From Octopus vulgaris (lineage: Eukaryota): a stretch of 64,000 bases of DNA. The stretch lies in the NCBI GenBank assembly GCA_951406725.2, contig OX597821.1, positions 57,040,001 through 57,104,000 on the forward strand, read 5' to 3'. The notes beneath the pieces were generated by a model. The model did not search any database, was not told the DNA's origin, and worked only from the letters and a program-made list of their open reading frames with translations. A program made the translations under genes and the position numbers. Below, in pieces: positions 48,304 to 62,494 of the stretch (its first letter is position 1; every line of letters starts with the position of its first letter).

Positions 48304-50611
48304 TATTACGTTTATCTATACGTATATGTCTTTTTCTGTTTATGATGATGCTGATTTGGTTGGTAGACTTTTTATTTCAACAATAACCTTCTGTATAAGA
48401 TTTTTTTCCCCCTGCAAAACTTAAGACAATTTATATAAAAAGATACAAAACAATTTGTTTCAAATCTTATTAGCAGAACATAATTCTTTAAAAGAGAATC
48501 TTGGTTTTTTTTTCCAGACTGCTGGCTAACCTAGTTAGAGATTACACGAAACTGAATTTTATTTTTGTTATTAGACTGTTAGACGTTCTTAATAACATCT
48601 GGCATTTTTTTTTTTGACTCATTGCAGTCGTATAGTACGTTAACAACAATAATAATATTAATAATAATTAAAATAATGAGAATTACATCTCAACACTCTT
48701 TAATAATGATGATTATAATTATTGTGAATTGGAAGTTGAGGCCTTAAGCACAAACAGTTAGGTTTCCCGTACAAGCACTCAAACACCCCTTATATATCTT
48801 ATCCTGCTAACTATTATTAATATTGATAATAATAATTATAATTTTCATTATCACATGGCAAAATATTTGGAGTGGGGAGGAGCCTGGTTAATTGAATAAA
48901 TATGTACAAGTTCAGACATGGGTGTGTGGTTAAGAAGTCTGCTTTGCAACCATGTGGTTTATGGGTTCAGTCCCACTGCATAGGACCTTGGATAAGTGTC
49001 TTCTGCTACAGTTCCAAACTGGCCAATTCCTTGTGTGTGAACTTGATGGATGGAAATTGTGTGGAAGCTTATTGTATACGTGTGTGTCTATACATATATA
49101 TTGTGTGTGTGTGTGTGTGTCTTTCCCTCCTCCTCCACTTAGTAACCAGTGTCAGTGTGTTTATGTCCCTGTAAGTTAGTGGTTTGGCAAAAGAGACTGA
49201 TAGACTAAGTATAAGACTTAAAAAAAAAAAGAACTGGGCTCAATTTGCTTGAGTAAAACCCTTCAAGGTGGTGCTCCAGCAAGGCCGCAAGTCTAATGAC
49301 TGAAACAAATAAAAGATAAAAGTACCCTTTCTCTCAGCATGTGAGAAATTAACAGCAAAGTTGATGATGGCAGGAGTTGAAGCTAATGACGGTTACAGAA
49401 ACATACTATAAAGCCTCTCCTTTTAGTACGTGCCGTTAGGAAAAATAATGCCTGCCTCATAACATGGCTTTCATTGCAGAATCGGTGTAGAAGCCACAAA
49501 AAGATTTGGGTACAGTTTGGGAATGTGCACTGGAGTTAAAAATACCTGTAGGTAAATATAACGAAGAGAAAGCTATTACCTATTAGCACAACCAAAAAGC
49601 ATCCTGTAAATGGTTTTTGCTACATGAGAAAGATATAAGAAAGAACTTGATCTTATCCTGTCTGTGTAATCAATATGTAAATGTACATAAAGCACGGTGA
49701 TATTTCTGGAGCATTTGCAGGAAGCCAGGATTTTTAGTATGCTACATCCTTTGGAGTTGTTTTATGCATAATTTAAACATAAATGGATTAAGTGGAAAAT
49801 AACTCGGAGTGGTCAGGGGCATGTATTGAAATAACATAAACAAATACAGGTGTATCAAATACCATACAACATAAATTCTTCATTTATTAAAATTATCTCC
49901 ACCTTTGGAGAATGTATCATAAGTACTAAATGGGAACGAAGACCAGTTCCACTTGAGATGGGGAGATAATCTCAAGAATCAAGAAATCTCTAAAATTGAT
50001 AGGACATTAAGGAAAAGGACAGGCTTATTGTCTGGAGATAAGAGGACTGTCATAGATGCATGTTCTTGGTTCGATAAGAATCATCACCACAGCTATTGTC
50101 CAACCTTATCCTCAGTAACCAAGGAACTTAGATTTATACTAAAAAAGAGTAGAACACATTTATGACCAAAGTGATTTGCATAATTTAAACAAAAATGGGC
50201 TTTTTTTTTTTTTTTTTGTGTGTGTGTCTAAATTCTGCAAATACCTAGGTCCACATATATGAGTATATTGAATACTATACAATATAATTTCTTAATTCCT
50301 CAAGGCCATATCCAGTTGAAATATTCTACCGGTTTTATGTTCAAACTAGCCTGATCTGGTTTCTCACACCAACCCTACAATATCATTCTAAAAATTAACA
50401 GTTACCTCATCAAAATCTCAAAGCTACATGATAATGCATGATTAATTCAAAACAGTTAGAATGAATAAGCATTATTTTTGATAGAATAATGTGGATGCTA
50501 AACAGTTATCCTTCTTGCTCTTGATACTACTCCAAACAACTGTGTCAAGGCTAAAGATTTTGGGCATTTCAAATGACTGCTTGTAGGTATATAGCTATTT
50601 GAAACTGGGTA

Positions 50612-50817
50612 TACTCTTTTACTCGTTTACTTGTTTCAGTCATTTGACTGCGGCCATGCTGGAGCACCGCCTTTAATCGAACATCTCGACCCCGGGACTT
50701 ATTCTTTTGGAAGCCCAGTACTTATTCTATCAGTCTCTTTTGCCGAACCGCTAAGTGACGGGGACGTAAACACACCAACATCGGTTGTCAAGCAATGCTA
50801 GGGGGACAGACACACAA

Positions 50818-50848
<31 letters not shown>

Positions 50849-51018
50849 CATATATACGACAGGCTTCTTTCAGTTTCCGTCTATCAAATCCACTCACAAG
50901 GCATTGGTCGGCCCAAGGCTATAGCAGAAGGCACTTGCCCAAGATGCCACGCAGTGGGACTGAACCCGGAACCATGTGGTTGGTTAGCAAGCTACTTACC
51001 ACGCAGCCACTCCTATGC
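50612..51018 (-). mobile_element. SINE family 1, young full-length copy
   Basis: Reverse complement closely matches 6219-6640. Confidence 0.95.
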
Positions 51019-51609
51019 AGGTATTTTGAAAATACTTCACAGAGTGACAGCCATGCCCTGCATAGTTATGGGCTGCCCTTTGGCAAGACATAGCACCTGT
51101 TCAGCCACCCTGCCAGAGGTAGGGCAGAGATTGTGAAGAGGCAGCAGAAGAAATCAAATGAAGTCAGTGGTACTTCTTACATTGATGCTGAGCAGAAGAA
51201 TCTTTGAAGATCAATGGTCAGGATGAACGAGCTCTATCAAGGAAGTAATTGCAATGCATCCGTAGGGGTGGCAGCCATGGTTCTGTAATCAGCTAATGAA
51301 AGATTCATTATGACTCTTGCTCCCAATTCAAAGTATTGGATGGCAACAGGGTGTCACGAGAACCTATGCAAGCAGCATAACTGACCGGAAAGGTTGAAAC
51401 TGTCACTAAGAAAACACTGGGTAAGTTTACACTGTCAGAACTGTTTGGACAAAGTCAGCAGCTCTTTTTCTCTTGGCAATCTGGACAGGATTTTCAGTAG
51501 GTCTTCACCACAATCATCTAGTCTCTATTTACCAGAGCTATTGTATACTGACATACAGCAAGATTCTGAGAAGCACTGCCTTATTTCTCATTCTTTAAAG
51601 CTTTAATGT

Positions 51610-52050
51610 AAGTATAATTATTGTTGTACTTTGAGAGGATCATTATGCCAATAATAAACACATGCACTCGTTATATTTCACTTCTTTAATTCTTATTTGT
51701 CAATTGCTTAACCATGTAACCCATTAATTAATTGATTGTTTGATTAATCAATCAGCTAGACTTGAAGCAGACCTGGAGTAGGGAGAGTATACCATTGATG
51801 AGTTTGTGAATGGCAACAAAAGAATTTTGACAAACCTGATTGATTACTTGACTGAACAATTAATCAAACAATTAAATGGCTTAATAGGCTAACTGATTAA
51901 CCAATTGATTAATGATAATACTAAAAGAACTGAAATAGAATCAGCGAGTGTGCTTATTATTGGCATAATGACCCTCCAGATACAACAAAATATGTTTTAA
52001 CACACAAATTCACACCAAGATACTTGCTAACTAAATTTTAAAATGAAATA
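51610..52050. mobile_element. Old foldback element related to family E ends (another arm at about 40185-40440)
   Basis: ATCATTATGCCAATAATAAACAC (51639) versus GTGCTTATTATTGGCATAATGAC (51950); TGATTAATCAAT-type repeats in both arms. Confidence 0.65.
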
Positions 52051-52545
52051 TGTACAATTAATGTGTACAAAGTGTACAGTATTCAGTAAGAAAACAACAA
52101 AAGCAACAAAAACTCTAACCAAATATGTAGACATTCAACAACACACTACTACTATTCACCAATTTTTACAGCTCATTCACCTCACCTGGTGACTTCTCAT
52201 GTGAAGTCCTCAGGCTACCAAGAACAATATGGATATGAGCATGACTTATCAAACCAGTAATATATGACAACAGTGGTTGGCGTTAGGATGGGGATCCAAC
52301 TGTAGAAACTATGTCAGATCAGATTGGAGCCTGGTGCAGCCTTCTGGCTCACCAGTCCTCAGTCAAACCGTCCAACCTATGCCAGCATGGAAAGCAGATG
52401 TTAAACGATGATGATGATGAAATATAAGAGTAAAATGTAGAAGTTCTGTTGCATTTTAAGACGAAAAAGTTCACTTTATGCTGAACTTTATCCTATTAGA
52501 TAATACAGGGTAGTATCAAAAAGTTCCCAGACTAGTTATGTTTAA

Positions 52546-53100
52546 CCCTTTTGTTACTGTATTTATTTTGAGATTCTCTGTTTTTCTCTCAATTCAATAT
52601 AACAAAGAATTTAGTAAAATAACTTAGTTATCATTAAGCTAGTGTTAGGAACATAAATTGTGACTAATGTTTAATTCAAAATTTATGAAACAAGACATTT
52701 GTACTACAGAGCTACGGGTGGTTTCAGCTGGTTTGGTATCAAAAGGGTTATGAATTGTTTCTCTATTATATATTTTAACCCTTTTATTACCATATTTCTG
52801 TTGAGATACTCTGTGTTTCTTTCAATTACTTTAAATGTAACAAAGAATTTAGCAAAAATAACTTAGTTATTGTGAAGCTAGTGTTAGGAATTGTGACTAA
52901 GGTTTGGTGGAAGATTTTAATTCAAAACTTATGAAAACAAGACATTTGTAACCAGAGCCGGTTTCAGTCAGGTTGGTAATGAAAGGGTTAACCCTTTTGT
53001 TACTGTATTTAATTTGAGATGCTCTGTGTTTCTTTCAATTACTTTAAATATAACAAAGAATTTAGTATATATAACAAAGAATTTAGTATATATAACAAAG
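52546..53100 (+). mobile_element. Cluster of three piggyBac-like MITEs (52546-52747, 52779-52987, 52992-about 53100 truncated)
   Basis: Same family as 32376-32821; the second and third copies share TTAA at 52988-52991. Confidence 0.85.
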
Positions 53101-53235
53101 ATCGGTTGGTGCTTTTTACATGCCACCGGCATGGAAGCCAGTCAAGGTGGTGCTGGCATCGGCCATGTTCGGATGGTGCTTTTTACATGCCACCCGCATG
53201 GGGATCACTAGTACAATTTCCATTTGATTCCATTT

Positions 53236-53400
53236 ACTTCCTCTCAGTAATGCACTGTCCCTGTATTGTATTAAAAGCCTCTGATGAATTTTAGCACCTG
53301 ACACACTTTCCACCAGAGAAATCGGATTACTGCTCTTTTTTCTTCTTTGGTGCACATTACTAGTGGAGTGGCCATGCTTACACTGTAAATCCAGAAAAAA
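53236..53400 (-). mobile_element. Mariner transposase N-terminal relic
   Basis: MCTKEEKRAVIRFLW then, after a frameshift, VSGAKIHQRLLIQYRDSALLR: mariner HTH. Confidence 0.75.
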
Positions 53401-53952
53401 AAATTTTGCATTATCAGGCTGAGACCTTGGTTATGTGACCATAATAGTACCAACTATAAGCATGCATGCACAGAGGGCAGTGTGACAATAATAAAGATAT
53501 GTTATGGTGAAAGTGTGGATAATTACATAAATACACATACACGTGTTTGTATGTGGGTTTATCTATTTCTGTATCCCTGTGTAAAAATATAGAGAAAAAG
53601 ACTGGCGTTATTAAGTGTAACCATTATTGTCATAAAGTATAACGAAGCGATTTGACAAATGTCGGTTGATAAAATAAGTAGCAAACAGTACTAATACAGG
53701 AGTCAATGTAATTGACTGCATCCACGAAGGCAGTGCTTTTAATAAAACGATATATCTCTTTCTTTTATCTTTTACTTGTTTCAGTCATTAGACTGCGGCC
53801 ATGCTGGGGCACCACCTTGATGAATCTTGGTTGAATTAATTGACCCCAGTACTTTTTTTCTTTATGACCTTGGTATGTATTCTGCTGGTCTCTTTTGCCG
53901 AACTGTAAATTTATAGGGACGTAAACACACCAACACCGGTTGTCAAGACGTG

Positions 53953-54186
53953 AGAAGGCGGCGAGCTGGCAGAAACGTTAGCACGCCGGGTGAAATGCTT
54001 AGCGGTATTTCGTCTGTGTTACCTTGTGAGTTCAAATTTCGCCGAGGTCGACTTTGCCTTTCATCCTTTCGGGGTCGATAAATTAAGTACCAGTTACGCA
54101 CTGGGGTCGATGTAATCGACTTAATACCTATGTCTGTCCTTGTTTGTCCCCTCTGTGTTTAGCCCCTTGTGGGTAATAACGAAATA
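53953..54186 (+). mobile_element. SINE family 2 with 15-bp TSD, nested in a family 1 SINE (53760-54395, minus)
   Basis: TSD GGTTGTCAAGACGTG at 53938-53952 and 54187-54201. Confidence 0.95.
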
Positions 54187-54879
54187 GGTTGTCAAGACGT
54201 GGGTTGGGACAAACACACACACACACACACACACACACAACAGGCTTCTTTCAGTTTCTGTCTACTAAATCGACTCACAAGGCTTTGGTCCGCCCGAGGC
54301 TATACTAGAAGACATTTGCCCAACGTGACACACAGTGGGACTAAATCCGGAACCATATGGTTGGGAAGCAAACTTCTCACCTCACAGCCACACCTGAGGG
54401 AGGTTTTGCTGCTGTTTCTAGCTGATTGTGTAACCATATAGAGGCATCGTTGATACTTAAGATGTTGAATAATGTAGACAAAATGAAGTTGAGTCTGGTT
54501 CTTTTATCTCATGGCAGTTTGACCTTGGTGCCTACTGTATGCTATAGAATAAATGACCGTTTTCCTAAAATAAGGCGTTCCCTAAACGAGCAGGTCATAC
54601 AGTCCCATGTAACTTTTTTGTAAATATGCCAGCACGCTTGTGATTATTTAGTCAGCCTCATCTGAGACCACACCTATTTATATATCAATGCCATATGTAT
54701 GGAGTTGTATGCATTTACTACATGAAGTTTGCTGGAGTTGATTTCGACTGTGGAAGTGTTGGAAATATTTAATTGATTTTTCTGTTGTTTCTGGATCATT
54801 TGTTGGTTCCTGGAAATATGGGAGATCTACTATGTACAATGCAGACATTCTATTTATCTCTGTCCCTCCCTCTTTGTTA

Positions 54880-55433
54880 CTGATTCTCTCTCTCTATCTT
54901 TCTCACTGACACTCTCTTACTGACACACACACTCTCTATTTCTCTCTCTCACCGACACTCTCTTTACTCTCTATCTTTCTCACTGACACTCTCTTACTAA
55001 CACACACACACACTCTCTCTCATTCTCTTCTATCTCTCTCTCCCTCATTCTCCTCCCTCTCTCTCTCTCTCATTCTCCTCTCTTTCCCTCTCCTCTCTCT
55101 CTCTCATTCTCCCCTCTCTCTCTCATTCTCCTCTCTCTCTCTCATTCTCTCTCTCTCTCATTCTCCTCTCTCTTTCATTCTCCCCTCTCTCTTTCATTCT
55201 CCCCTCTCTCTCTCATTCTTTCCTCTCTCTCTCTCTCATTCTTTCCTCTCTCTCTCTCATTCTTTCCTCTCTCTCTCTCGTTCTCCTCTCTCTCTCTCAT
55301 TCTTTCCTCTCTCTCTCTCTCGTTCTCCTCTCTCTCTCTCATTCTCCTCTCTCTCTCTCATTCTCCTCTATCTCGCTTTCTCTCATTCTCCTCTATCTCG
55401 CTTTCTCTCATTCTCTCTCTCTCTCATTCTCCT

Positions 55434-55490
<57 letters not shown>
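54880..55490. repeat. Polypyrimidine (CT)n/CATTCTC minisatellite
   Basis: Seen directly. Confidence 0.95.
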
Positions 55491-55491
<1 letters not shown>

Positions 55492-56171
55492 TTTTTTTTT
55501 GTTTATTTCTGTATATATTTGCGTAATTACATGTGTGAACAAACTGTTACTGAATTCAAAAGAATTTCCATTTGGAAATTTTGGAATGCTATGTCCTCCA
55601 TATAGAATTTCTATTACTTGTTTGAAACCTTGGCTTCTAATGAAGAATACTGTACACATACACATTCTTTTATTTTATGTCACTTGTTTCAGTCATTTGG
55701 CTTCTGCCACCCTGGGATACCATCTTTATGTTGTTGAGTATATTCAGCATTCTGCCACATAACCTGAGATTTATGAGGTGTAGATGTGGTCTTCAAAGAA
55801 AGTTGGGACAAATTTTACCTGAGATACCAGATGAACACGCATCACAGCAGGGGACACAAAGATGAACAGTTCTGTCCAGCTTGCCACTTCACTGGAAACA
55901 GTACAGATGCCCAATCACACTGAAAGATGGTGCTCCAGCATGGCCTCAGCCTCTGGTTCAAACCAGCAAAGGATAAAAGATTAAAGATATCCATCTGTCT
56001 TCACTGCCTATTATTCTTGGCAGGGTTTTGTGGGTACAGTCCTTAAGCACCTCGTCTATAGAGTCCTGTTAGAAGCAATCAAACTTATTTTATCAACTCC
56101 AACAAAAATTAAAAGAAATGCTGCTAAGCATTTTGCCCAGTGAGATAACAATTCTGCTAACTTTTTTTCAA

Positions 56172-56754
56172 CACATCGGCTCCCACATGTCCTGTCGATG
56201 GGTCATGGTGGTATGTTAGCAAGTCCTGCTTGACCCCACTATCGGGTCGTTTTTTAAATTTCTTTCCTATGGGCTTTTTGAGAGCTGGTACGCCCCAATT
56301 GCTTTGATTTATGCTTTTGCTGCACTAAGAAAATAATTTTTTTATAGATTCTTTTTTATATATTTTTTTCATTTTACTTCTGATTTTACCATGTAATGAA
56401 TTAAAATTAAAGAGTGAGTATTGAGAAAATTTTATTTGCCATTGAAACAAAAATAGTTAGTTCTTTTGGAAAAAAATCAATAGATTTTCCAGTTGAAACA
56501 GAAGGGAATGAAAAATATTTTACTTGTCATGGAAACCAAAATAGTTCATTTTGAAAAGATTTTGAGACCTTCCAATAGAAAATACCCAAAATTTTAAACT
56601 GACCGCTGGTAGGTCGTGTGGTATCTAGGATGTGATATGAACTAGGGTGCCACATGACCCTCTGGTGGGACGTGGGTATCAATGTCAAAATTAATTAAGA
56701 TCTTGTTTTGGGACCCTGGGATAAAATGTAAAATGAAGCTTGGGAGCCAACATG
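56172..56754. mobile_element. piggyBac-like non-autonomous element
   Basis: TCAA-CACATCGGCTCCCA ... TGGGAGCCAACATG-TTAA: imperfect TIRs with a TTAA-like target. Confidence 0.6.
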
Positions 56755-58440
56755 TTAAAATCTTGATAGCAGTCATTTCCTGTTTCTCATTGACACGGTA
56801 AATGCATCATCCATTCATCTTTCAATGGTTTTTCATAGCTGTCATAATTGAAGGTCATTAGAATAGCCATTACTTTCATTGAAGATGTGGAGAGTAAAGT
56901 GAGAAACAGTTAAAGAGCATCCTGCTTTAACACATGTGGCCTGGACAGTCTGTTTCAGCTTATGCTGTTCGATAGTTCTCAACTGGATTATCAGAAGTCC
57001 AAGGATAATATACTGGCACACTGATAGTTACAATGACGTGTGTTCCAGCTGATCCGATCAACGGAACAGCCTTCTTGTGTAATTAATATGCAAATGGCTG
57101 AGCACTCCACAGACAAAAATGAAAAAAAAAAACAAAAACGCTTCCCTCTTAAGCCATGCCAGGCTCATGAGGGCCATTTTCCTGGTGTTAGTGGCATATA
57201 TATTCCCCTCCTGGCCAGGACACCGGTCTGTCGCAAGATTTCTCATTTGCACCAGCTGAGTGGACCAGAGCAACACGTCGCCCAGTCCAAGAATCGAAAC
57301 CACAATCTTACAATCACAAGTCCAACACCCTAAGCACTTAACCATGTGCCTCCACAGATATGCATACCCTTAATGTAGATTCAGCATGACACAGAATGTA
57401 ACAATACTGGCCCCTCTGAATTACTGGTACTATTCATTTTTGCCAGCTGAGTGGATTGGAGCAATGTAAAATAAAGTGTTTTGCTCCTGCCAGGTATTGA
57501 ACTAATGACCTAATGATTGTGAGCTGAATACCATAAGCACTAAGCCACAGGCCTTCACAAAGGTGACATAATCGAATTGTTGTTAATAGTTTGTCTTACT
57601 TCATTACCTGTTTCAGTTATTCGGCACTGGCCATGCTGGGGCAATGACTTAAAGAGTTTTAGTTGAACAGGTTGGCCTCAGTATTTTTATTTTTAAACTC
57701 TGGTACGTATCATATTAGTTTCTTTTGATGATATGCTACATTACAGGGACATAAACAAACCAACACCAGTGGTGAAGCACTGGTAGGAGACAAAGACATG
57801 TACACACACACACACACATCTATTTACCTGTGTCTCTCTCTCTCTTTCTCTCTGCATGTTTATATATATATATATATATATATTTCCACATAATTTTGGT
57901 TTACCAAATCCACATACAAGATAGGTTGGCTTTGGGCTGTAGCAGAAGACACTTGTCCAAGATACCACACCTGAAACCACATGGTTACCAGGTGAGCTTC
58001 TTAAACACCTAGCCATGTCTGTTACAGGTATTTCTTTTTGTATTAGAATTGGAGACAGTAAAACACCATCATTTGAATTAATAACCTTGGCTACATATAT
58101 TGACTATCATGTCCTCCCATTTTTAAAACTCTCTCACACACACACACACACAAACGATCATGTTTGTGGGGTTACATGGGAGATAAAGAAGACTCTGTGA
58201 ATGTAGTAAATTTATTTATTCAGAAAATTACTCATGATTCACTCCATCACTACTTTATTTCTTGCTGCATGTGATCGTTCAGGCGACAAAACATGAAATT
58301 TGTCGTCTGAACAATCAAAGACAGGGAAACTTTTAGTGACAGGGTGAATCATCAACCTTTTCCAAACGCATACACATCCTTATTTGCACTTCATTACACA
58401 CAATTGCAAATGCCTCTGTGTGTGTGTGTGTGTGTGAGAG

Positions 58441-58496
<56 letters not shown>

Positions 58497-58832
58497 TGTT
58501 TAACGTCCGTTTTCCATGCTGGCATGGGTTGGACGGTTTGACTGGGGTCTGGGAAGCCAGAGGGTGCACCAGCCTCCAGTCTGATCTGGCAGGGCTTCTA
58601 CAGCTGGGTGCCCTTCCTAATGCCAACCACTCTGAACGTGTAGTGGGTGCTTTTAACGAGCCACCGGCACAGGAGCCAGAGGAGGCTGGCACCGACCATG
58701 ATCTGTTGGTGTTTTGTATGTGCCACCGGCACGGAAACCAGTCAAGGTGGCACTGGCAACAGCCATGTTCAGATGGTCTTTTTACGTGCCACTGGCATGG
58801 GGATCACAACTACAATTTCCATTTGATTTTAT
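58441..58832 (-). mobile_element. RTE-type tail with long (ATC)n
   Basis: Reverse complement of the conserved tail. Confidence 0.9.
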
Positions 58833-59429
58833 ATTCATCAGCATTAATATATGTAGGTGCAGGCGTGGCTGTCTGGTAAGAAACTTGCATTGCAGCCATG
58901 TTCACTACTGTGCCCCTGGACCTTCCAGTTCCTTATGAATGAATCTGGTGGATGAAAACTGTGTGGAAGCCCACAAGCGCATTATATATATATGGAAACT
59001 CTGCCAGATCAGATTGGAGCCTGGTGCAGCCATCTAGCTCGCCAGTCTTCAGTCAAACTGTCTAACCCATGCCAGCATGGAAAGCGGACGTTAAACAATG
59101 ATGATGTGTGTGTGTATGTATTTGTCCATCCACTTCTGCTTGACAGCCAGTGTTGGTTTGTTTACAGTCTCTGTAACTTGGTGGTTTGGCAAAGACGGTG
59201 CTAGGCTGCACCAGGATTCAATTGCCTGTTTTGGCATGGCTTTTATGGCTAGATGCCCTTCCTAACACTAAAGCACTTTACAGAGCATAATGGGTACATT
59301 TTACATGGCACCAGTACCTGTTTATTTGTTTATAAATGTAGATATATACCCAGGGTACAAGAGCTGTAAGTCCCGTGTGTGTGTGTATTTATAAAATGAA
59401 GGTTTATGTGTGTAAATGAATGTGTGTAT

Positions 59430-59628
59430 TCTTTTATTCTTTTACTTGTTTTAGTCATTTGACTGCGGTCATGCTGCAGCACTGCCTTTACTTAAGTAAA
59501 TCGGCCCTAGGACTTATTCTTTGTAAACCTAGTACTTATTCAATCGGTCTCTTATGAACCGTGAAGTTACGGGGATGTAAACACACCAACATCGGTTGTC
59601 AAGCGATGATGGGGGTACAAATACAAAA

Positions 59629-59659
<31 letters not shown>

Positions 59660-59816
59660 CAATGGGCTTTCAGTTTCTGTCTGCCGAATCCACTCACAAG
59701 GCTTTGGTCAGCCTGAGGCTATAGTAGAAGACACTTGCCAAGGTGCCACGCAGTGAGACTGAACCCGGAACCATGTGGTTGGGAAGCAAGCTTCTTACCA
59801 CACAACCACTCCAGCG

Positions 59817-59817
<1 letters not shown>
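59430..59817 (-). mobile_element. SINE family 1
   Basis: Full-length reverse copy. Confidence 0.9.
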
Positions 59818-59877
<60 letters not shown>

Positions 59878-60689
59878 TACATGCACACACATGCACACAC
59901 ACATATGTACATACATATATACATCTATATATATATATATATGTGTGTGTGTGTAGAGAGAGAGATATGTAGACATATGTAGATGAATTTATATTACTAA
60001 CTGCAAGAGTGATTAAGAGTTAATTTTATTGTCAGTCTTGGTTGAAGTTATAATTCTTGACTTGTACAGTTAACTTAGTAATATATGTTACTGCTATTTA
60101 CTAAACGGCTTAGTGTCTTCCTGGACTCTTGTAGTATCAGAATCTGAAATTTCTTGTTAAATTTTTCGGGAATACTGACAATGAGCATTGAACAGAAGTT
60201 TAATGAATGGAGAGAAAAAACCCCCATCAACCTGAGTGACAGTTTTGACTGCATGAAAACATCTATTTAGTTAAGCAGTACATTACGGTAGGACATCTGC
60301 ACACCAGCAACATGTCGAGCTGTCATATGTAATTATTTGCGGCGCTGTATCGGTTAAGTTGCACAAGAACTGAAGACTATGAAATTGATTGAATGCAATT
60401 TTATTTTAAGTCTGTTGCAGTAAGTCTTATGAGGAGATTGTATCTAATCAACACCCATCAATACAAACAAGTTTCTAGACTTGCTAGAAATAGCAACCAT
60501 ATTGCTTTGAAATTACACCCTGCTGGTTTGACAAAGAGTGATGCACTGGATGATATGGTGTTAGATGTGATGTGATATGATGTGCAAAGCCTCAAATTAA
60601 GATGGAGTGGCCATGCTTGGAATGCTTTTGGTCAGGGGTCTGTTTTGATTTTAGTAGTTCTGTATAGTCATTCAATTATCAGACAAACT

Positions 60690-62120
60690 TATGTATACAT
60701 AAGTGTGTGTGTATGTACGTATACATGTGTGTATGTACGTATACATGTGTGTATGTACGTATACATGTGTGTATGTATGTATACATATGTGTGTATGTAT
60801 GTATATATATGTGTGTATGTATGTATACATATGTGTATGTATGTATGTATACATATGTGTATATATACATGTGTGTATATATGTATATATACATAGTTGT
60901 ATATATATGTATATATACATGTGTGTATATATGCATATATACGTGTGTATATACGCATATATATGTGTGTATATACGCATATATACGTGTGTATATACGC
61001 ATATATACGTGTGTATATACGCATATATACGTGTGTATATACGCATATATACATGTGTGTATATATGCATATATACATGTGTGTATATATGCATATATAC
61101 ATGTGTGTATATATAGTGTATATACAAGTGTGTATATATAGTGTATATATACACATGTGTGTATATATAGTGTATATATACATATGTGCGTATATATAGT
61201 GTATATATACATATGTGCGTATATATGTATATATACCTATGTGCGTATATATGTATATATACCTATGTGCGTATATATGTATATATACCTATGTGCGTAT
61301 ATATGTATATATACCTATGTGCGTATATATGTATATATACCTATGTGCGTATATATGTATATATACCTATGTGCGTATATATGTATATATACCTATGTGC
61401 GTATATATGTATATATACCTATGTGCGTATATATGTATATATACCTATGTGCGTATATATGTATATATACCTATGTGCGTATATATGTATATATACCTAT
61501 GTGCGTATATATGTATATATACCTATGTGCGTATATATGTATATATACCTATGTGCGTATATATGTATATATACCTATGTGCGTATATATGTATATATAC
61601 CTATGTGCGTATATATGTATATATACCTATGTGCGTATATATGTATATATACCTATGTGCGTATATATGTATATATACCTATGTGCGTATATATGTATAT
61701 ATACCTATGTGCGTATATATGAATATATACCTATGTGCGTATATATGAATATATACCTATGTGCGTATATATGAATATATACCTATGTGCGTATATATGA
61801 ATATATACCTATGTGCGTATATATGAATATATACCTATGTGCGTATATATGAATATATACCTATGTGCGTATATATGAATATATATGTATATGTGTGTGT
61901 ATATATGAATATATATGTATATGTGTGTGTATATATGAATATATATGTATATGTGTGTGTATATATGAATATATATGTATATGTGTGTATATATGAATAT
62001 ATATGTATATGTGTGTATATATGAATATATATGTATATGTGTGTATATATGAATATATATGTATATGTGTATTTTTATGTGTATATGTTTATATGTGTAT
62101 ATATACGTTTATATGTATGT
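60690..62120. repeat. Purine-pyrimidine minisatellite; homogeneous 26-bp unit ATATATACCTATGTGCGTATATATGT over about 61230-61880
   Basis: Seen directly; flanked by related 20-28 bp unit variants. Confidence 0.97.
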
Positions 62121-62121
62121 A

Positions 62122-62450
62122 TATGGCTCAGTGGTTAGAGCGTTGAGCTTACGATTGTGAGGTTGTGAGCTCGAATCCCAGACCAGGCTGCGTGTTGTGT
62201 TCTTGAGCAAGACACTTTATTTCACATTGCTCCAGTTCACTCAGCTGTAGAAATGAGTTGCGACGTCAAAGGTGCCAAGCTGTATCGACCTTTGTCTTTC
62301 CATTGGATAACACTGGTGGCGTGGAGAGGGGAGGCTGGTATGCATGGGCGACTGCTAGTCTTCCATAAACAACCTTGCCCAGACTTGTGCCTCAGAGGGT
62401 AACTTTCTAGGTGCAAGCCCATGGTCAGTGTCTGACCGAAGGGGGTCTCA
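62122..62450 (+). mobile_element. tRNA-derived SINE family 3
   Basis: TGGCTCAGTGGTTAGAGCG A box and GCTCGAATCCC B box; body as at 26728-27060. Confidence 0.9.
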
Positions 62451-62494
62451 GACTCATATATATATATATATGGGTGTGTATATGTATGTATATA

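Noticed and set aside
60582-62024. Long repetitive ORFs and a CRISPR-like periodic array
   Set aside because: Head-to-tail 26-bp minisatellite with no unique spacers and no cas genes; eukaryotic context.
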